Source: an uncultured Candidatus Saccharibacteria bacterium
Lineage (GTDB): Bacteria > Patescibacteriota > Minisyncoccia > Phycocordibacterales > UBA1006
Length of the DNA: 64,000 nucleotides
Assembly: GCA_964415895.1 (NCBI GenBank)
Contig: CAYQCC010000001.1
Coordinates: 119,073-183,072, forward strand
Direction: 5' to 3'
Shown here: in pieces, positions 59,748 to 64,000 of the stretch
How positions within the stretch are numbered: the stretch's first letter is position 1
Layout: every line of letters begins with the position of its first letter
The notes under the pieces: model-generated
The model's database searches: none
Seen by the model: only the letters and a program-made list of their open reading frames with translations
What the model was told of the DNA's origin: nothing
Position numbers and translations under genes: made by a program

Positions 59748-61637
59748 ATGCATATCCTTGAGGTAATTCCACTACAAAAAGGCATTCCACGCGACAGCTT
59801 GTCGTATTTTTCGCTTAAAGAAATTCCGCTTGGTGCACTGATTGAAATACCATTACATTCCAAAACTATTTCAGGAATTGTGATTGGAAAAACTGATGCG
59901 CGCGATATGAAAGCAAGTATTCGCAGCGGAACATTTACCTTGAAACCCGTTGGCGCGATTATTAACGAGAAAGGCTTTCCATCGAAAATTATTCAAGCAC
60001 TATGGGAACTATCGGCTGAAACATTGATTCCAACAGGAACATTGATTAGCAATTTCTTCCCTGATCCAGTGTTTGAATATTTTCAGAGCTGGAAATCCGT
60101 TACGCGCGAAAAACCAGAACTACGAATAATTGAACTATCAACACCAGATCGGTTCGACTATTACAAAGTATTAGTTCGTGAAGCATTCGCTCGAAAGATG
60201 AGTATTCAATTTATTACTCCAACGGTTATCGAAAATGATAAGCTTACACAGTTTCTAATTGATGTCTGCGGAAAAGAAAAAGTTATTACATTATCTGGCG
60301 GAATGACACCAATAAAACGGGAGAAAATATATCAACAATTATTGGAAATCGATACGCCTATCGCTATCTGCACAACGCCGCAGTTTTTTGTCATGCCTCG
60401 TTCAGATATTGGATCATGCGTCATAGAATCTTCTGCGTCACCTTATTACATTCAAGACTTCAGTCATCCGATTGATTTTCGTACAATCATAGTTCGTATT
60501 ACAGAAACTCTTGGAATGAATCGTTATTTTTCAGATTCTATTGTATCACCAGAACAAAAACAATTGATTGAAAATCGAAAAGCGTTTATGGATCGAACAA
60601 GCAAAAAAGCTGGAAACAGTGTTCCAGTATTAACATTCGAAAAAGAAGCATTCAACGATCCATATTATGTATCACCAATTTTAAGTTCGAAAGCGATCGC
60701 TACCATAAAAGAAATGATCATTCAGAAAAAACCAGTATTTATTTTTTCTGCTCGAAAAGGAATTGCATCAGTAACGACCTGTCGTGATTGTGGATATACT
60801 GTTCATTGTCCAAACTGTAATAACATCATGCAGCTGATCAAAAAAAATCCTCTTGCAGAATCGGATCGCGTATTCTCTTGCAGTCGATGCGAAACCGAAG
60901 TTCCTGCAATGAACCGATGTCCGCATTGTTCGGGTTGGAATTTAATTCCACTTGGCATTACAACCGACTCTATTAATGAAGAATTAAAGAAGTTCTTTCC
61001 AGACCAAATTATTCTGCAAAGTAATAATGAAATAACCAAAACGGATTCAGCTTGTAAAAAAACAGTGAAAGCTTGGCAGGAATCAAATGGAATATTAATT
61101 GGAACGCAAAAAATTATTCCATATTTAGAAAACATTCCAACGACCATTGTTGCGTCATTCGAACACTGCATGAGTATTCCAGATTTTCAGACACCGTTTC
61201 ATACGCTTTGGCTGTTTCAAAAACTGTACGAGAAAACAACAGATTATTTCTGTATTCAAACAAAAGACATAAACAACTCACTATTAACATTATTTTCGAA
61301 ACAACATATCGACCCGTTTATTACGGAAGACTTAGGATTGCGAAAGTTGTACCATTATCCACCATTTGCAACCCTTATTACGATTGTGTTGACCAATATA
61401 AAACGCAAAGATCATCCACAAGCAAAGGAATACTTAAAAAAATCGATCAATGAATACGAGCACTCTATTCAGTCACAATTCTTTGAATACGGGCAGTATT
61501 ATGAACTAATGGCCAAAATTCACGTTCCTATGGAAGATTGGATAAACGCAGAAAGTGTTCAAAAACAACAATTATTAAGCTTTTTACAGTCAATCCGAAA
61601 TCATGCCGATATCACCATAGAAACAGGCCTAGATTAG
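59748..61637 (+). CDS. priA: Primosomal protein N' (degenerate helicase core)
   Basis: 3'-binding N-terminus, RKG, four CxxC, IGTQ, R..YHYPPF. Confidence 0.85.
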   Translation: MHILEVIPLQKGIPRDSLSYFSLKEIPLGALIEIPLHSKTISGIVIGKTDARDMKASIRSGTFTLKPVGAIINEKGFPSKIIQALWELSAETLIPTGTLISNFFPDPVFEYFQSWKSVTREKPELRIIELSTPDRFDYYKVLVREAFARKMSIQFITPTVIENDKLTQFLIDVCGKEKVITLSGGMTPIKREKIYQQLLEIDTPIAICTTPQFFVMPRSDIGSCVIESSASPYYIQDFSHPIDFRTIIVRITETLGMNRYFSDSIVSPEQKQLIENRKAFMDRTSKKAGNSVPVLTFEKEAFNDPYYVSPILSSKAIATIKEMIIQKKPVFIFSARKGIASVTTCRDCGYTVHCPNCNNIMQLIKKNPLAESDRVFSCSRCETEVPAMNRCPHCSGWNLIPLGITTDSINEELKKFFPDQIILQSNNEITKTDSACKKTVKAWQESNGILIGTQKIIPYLENIPTTIVASFEHCMSIPDFQTPFHTLWLFQKLYEKTTDYFCIQTKDINNSLLTLFSKQHIDPFITEDLGLRKLYHYPPFATLITIVLTNIKRKDHPQAKEYLKKSINEYEHSIQSQFFEYGQYYELMAKIHVPMEDWINAESVQKQQLLSFLQSIRNHADITIETGLD

Positions 61638-61676
61638 TTGCATAGTATTAAAAGATATGATACAGTATTCGCACTT

Positions 61677-61910
61677 ATGGCAATTAACGTAAACATCGTA
61701 AAAAACAACAATGAAAACGCGAACGGAGTATTCCGACGTTTTTCAAAGAAAGTTCGATCAGCAGGCTTCCTACAAGAAGTTCGAAACGATCGTTATTTCA
61801 ACCGAGAACAATCAAAGTTGAAAACAAAACGCTCAGCATTGGTACGCATCGAGCGAACTGGTGAATATAAAGCAAAAGAAAAAGCAGGTGAAGTAATGGC
61901 AGGAAAATAA
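61677..61910 (+). CDS. rpsU: Ribosomal protein bS21
   Basis: E..NGVFRRFSKKV..AG.LQEVR..RYF. Confidence 0.75.
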   Translation: MAINVNIVKNNNENANGVFRRFSKKVRSAGFLQEVRNDRYFNREQSKLKTKRSALVRIERTGEYKAKEKAGEVMAGK

Positions 61911-62012
61911 TCCTGTTTTTTCTTTGGTACAAAGAACTTGACAATGCAGGTATTAGATAGTAGTATGATAGAGAACCTTCACAATATTAAAAAATCTCAA
62001 AATTACATAATC

Positions 62013-62528
62013 ATGAAAGAACAACCAGTTAGTATCACAGTTACACCTGACCAAGTATTAAAGAATCTTAATATAGATCTATTTGAAATCTTCAAAAAAC
62101 AAATTACCCGAAGATATGGTAAGGATTTTATTTTCACTAATCACGATGGTTTGTACCATGCAAAACCGACAAAAGAAATCAACCAGATCGATTACGATGG
62201 AAACCTTCTCATTAATGCAGGCGAATTGATTAATAATTATTATAAAAAAAATAATATACTAATCACTCCAGCAGATTCACATTTCCTAAAAGCAATCCGC
62301 TGGAAGACTGGCTTTAATGACCCATCAGTTCTTGAAGTATTAAATATTAGTTTTGATCTTTTTATTAAAAAAAGAGGTATTGGAATAAATCTGTGGGTCA
62401 AAGTAATAGGAATATTTTACAATTCAGGAATACTGGACTGCTTCGACTACCCTTTTGGAAAAACGAATAGTAAATCAAAACATACGTTGGCAGTGATAGA
62501 GAAATTGAAGAAAGATTTGATTAAATAG
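62013..62528 (+). CDS. Hypothetical protein (ORFan)
   Basis: TTGACA-17-TAGTAT at 61938 with an A-rich leader. Confidence 0.6.
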   Translation: MKEQPVSITVTPDQVLKNLNIDLFEIFKKQITRRYGKDFIFTNHDGLYHAKPTKEINQIDYDGNLLINAGELINNYYKKNNILITPADSHFLKAIRWKTGFNDPSVLEVLNISFDLFIKKRGIGINLWVKVIGIFYNSGILDCFDYPFGKTNSKSKHTLAVIEKLKKDLIK

Positions 62529-62605
62529 TACCTGATTAGATTTTAAAACAGTTCCGCAAGTGCGGAGCTTTTTCATTTCCCTATTTCTGATATACTCAAC
62601 CCAAC

Positions 62606-63004
62606 ATGACCCACGAAACTCTCTCTGACAATTTAGCTATCTCAAACGAAACACGGATAAAAGTTCCTGTGGTTTCTTTTGTTGAAATTAAAAACGCAAT
62701 ACTTGGAAAGAAATACGAATTATCGCTCGTATTTCCAAACAAGAAAACTGCAACGGAATTACATCTGGATTGGAAAGACAAATCAGGCCCTGCAAACATT
62801 TTGTCGTTTCCACTTGATAAAAATCTTGGTGAAATATTTATTTCACTTGATCAAGCAAAAACTGAATGCAAAAAGTTCGATCGTGATTATCAAAACTATG
62901 TAGCATTCTTATTTATTCACGGTTGCGCACATTTAAAAGGTCACACGCATGGAAACGAGATGGAATCATACGAGAAAAAGATCAGAGCTAAATTCAACGT
63001 GTAG
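62606..63004 (+). CDS. ybeY: rRNA maturation RNase YbeY
   Basis: NILSFP, GEIFIS, HGCAHLKGHTH. Confidence 0.92.
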   Translation: MTHETLSDNLAISNETRIKVPVVSFVEIKNAILGKKYELSLVFPNKKTATELHLDWKDKSGPANILSFPLDKNLGEIFISLDQAKTECKKFDRDYQNYVAFLFIHGCAHLKGHTHGNEMESYEKKIRAKFNV

Positions 63005-63009
63005 TGCAT

Positions 63010-63125
63010 TCCCTTCTCCTAATTTAGGAGAAGGTGCCCAAGGGGCGGATGAGGTCGTCTGTAATTTGCATTAACTGCAAATGCAACGACCTCACCCCGA
63101 CCCTCTCCTAAATTAGGAGAGGGAG
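63010..63125. repeat. REPIN-like composite palindrome (CCCTCTCC/GGAGAGGG class)
   Basis: CCTTCTCCTAATTTAGGAGAAGG ... GAGGTCGT/ACGACCTC ... CCCTCTCCTAAATTAGGAGAGGG. Confidence 0.85.
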
Positions 63126-63194
63126 AAGCTACATTTCTTCTTCATAATATTTTTATTTCTTTCTCTTTTTGTTTTTCCTGATATACTAAATTAT

Positions 63195-64000
63195 ATGATG
63201 CCTCAGGGACCTACTATTATTGCTGGAATCGATATCGGCAGCACTACAACACGAGTGATTATTACCGAACACGCAGGCTCTGGAATACATCCTCGCGTTA
63301 TTGGTGTTGGACGAACTGAAACTATTGGAATTTCAAAAGGTTATGTGATCCACGAAGAAGAAGCAGTCAGGTCATTAACTGGTGCAATACGAATGGCGGA
63401 AAAAATGGCTAACATAAAATTGGATCGTGCCTATGTTTGTATTGGTGGAATTAGTTTGGAAACCCATCACCAAAACGGAAGTATTCATTTACAAAAAAAA
63501 GAAATATCTGCAAAAGACATTTCAGCGCTCCACCATCAGGTTACCGATGATTTCTTGGCTAGTACAAAAAACAAAACTGTTCTCCATACAATTCCATTAT
63601 CGTATACATTAGATGGCGAGGAATTATTTGCAGACCCAGTTGGATTGGCGGGATCATTATTATCTGCACAATTTTCACTGGTTACATGTCTAACACAGCA
63701 TCGTGATGGATTAGTAAATGTTGTGAGCCGTGCTGGAATCGACATCATCGACATCATCGCAAGTCCAATTGCAGCCAGTGTAATCACCCTTTCACAACGT
63801 GCTAAAACAGCAGGTTGCGCATTGGTAGATATCGGCGCTGAAACATTATCACTTGCCGTATTTGAACACGATGCATTGGTTCATGTTGCTGTCATTCCGT
63901 GTGGTGCAAGTTTGATTACAAACGATCTTGCGCTTGGACTCCAAGTTTCGCTTGATGAAGCTGAATCAATCAAGTTTGGAAAAAAGACTGATCGGACGCC
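63195..64000 (+). CDS. ftsA: Cell division protein FtsA (runs off window end)
   Basis: Hand translation MMPQGPTIIAGIDIGSTTTRVII...GISKG...LVDIGAET...ITNDLA.GL..S.DEAE.IK. Confidence 0.92.
   Translation, partial: MMPQGPTIIAGIDIGSTTTRVIITEHAGSGIHPRVIGVGRTETIGISKGYVIHEEEAVRSLTGAIRMAEKMANIKLDRAYVCIGGISLETHHQNGSIHLQKKEISAKDISALHHQVTDDFLASTKNKTVLHTIPLSYTLDGEELFADPVGLAGSLLSAQFSLVTCLTQHRDGLVNVVSRAGIDIIDIIASPIAASVITLSQRAKTAGCALVDIGAETLSLAVFEHDALVHVAVIPCGASLITNDLALGLQVSLDEAESIKFGKKTDRT

Noticed and set aside
254-63787. Many 60-200 aa ORFs antisense or out of frame within genes (e.g. 7497, 45670, 51904, 58110, 63427, 63536)
   Set aside because: Shadows of well-supported genes, with no motifs or expression signals
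1-64000. CRISPR array, rRNA, tmRNA, RNase P RNA, reverse transcriptase, IS transposase
   Set aside because: No regularly spaced repeats or diagnostic motifs seen by eye

Overview
AT-rich bacterial chromosome segment. Gene content and style (short DnaX/HolB/UvrC, ATPase-degenerate PriA, VirD4/TraD-like ATPase, lexA-dinB cassette, almost no metabolism) point to Patescibacteria (CPR), probably Parcubacteria; this is an inference, not a database result. It holds about 40 recognisable housekeeping genes interleaved with about 15 stand-alone ORFans, two tRNAs (Gln-UUG, Ala-UGC), two REPIN-like palindromic elements and a collapsed integrative element at tRNA-Ala. No CRISPR array, rRNA or reverse transcriptase was seen. 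Main observations: (1) the att crossover of the tRNA-Ala element lies inside its recombinase-like ORF, so excision would swap the protein's C-terminus; (2) a GreA with two tandem acidic-tipped coiled coils; (3) a two-tier expression grammar, with core genes apparently leaderless behind extended -10 promoters and ORFans behind canonical -35/-10 promoters; (4) a candidate LexA operator; (5) a serine hydrolase-VanX-Alr-NUDIX operon next to a divergent MurA; (6) several unexplained structured intergenic elements. Many start codons were moved downstream of the ORF-track starts on promoter evidence.
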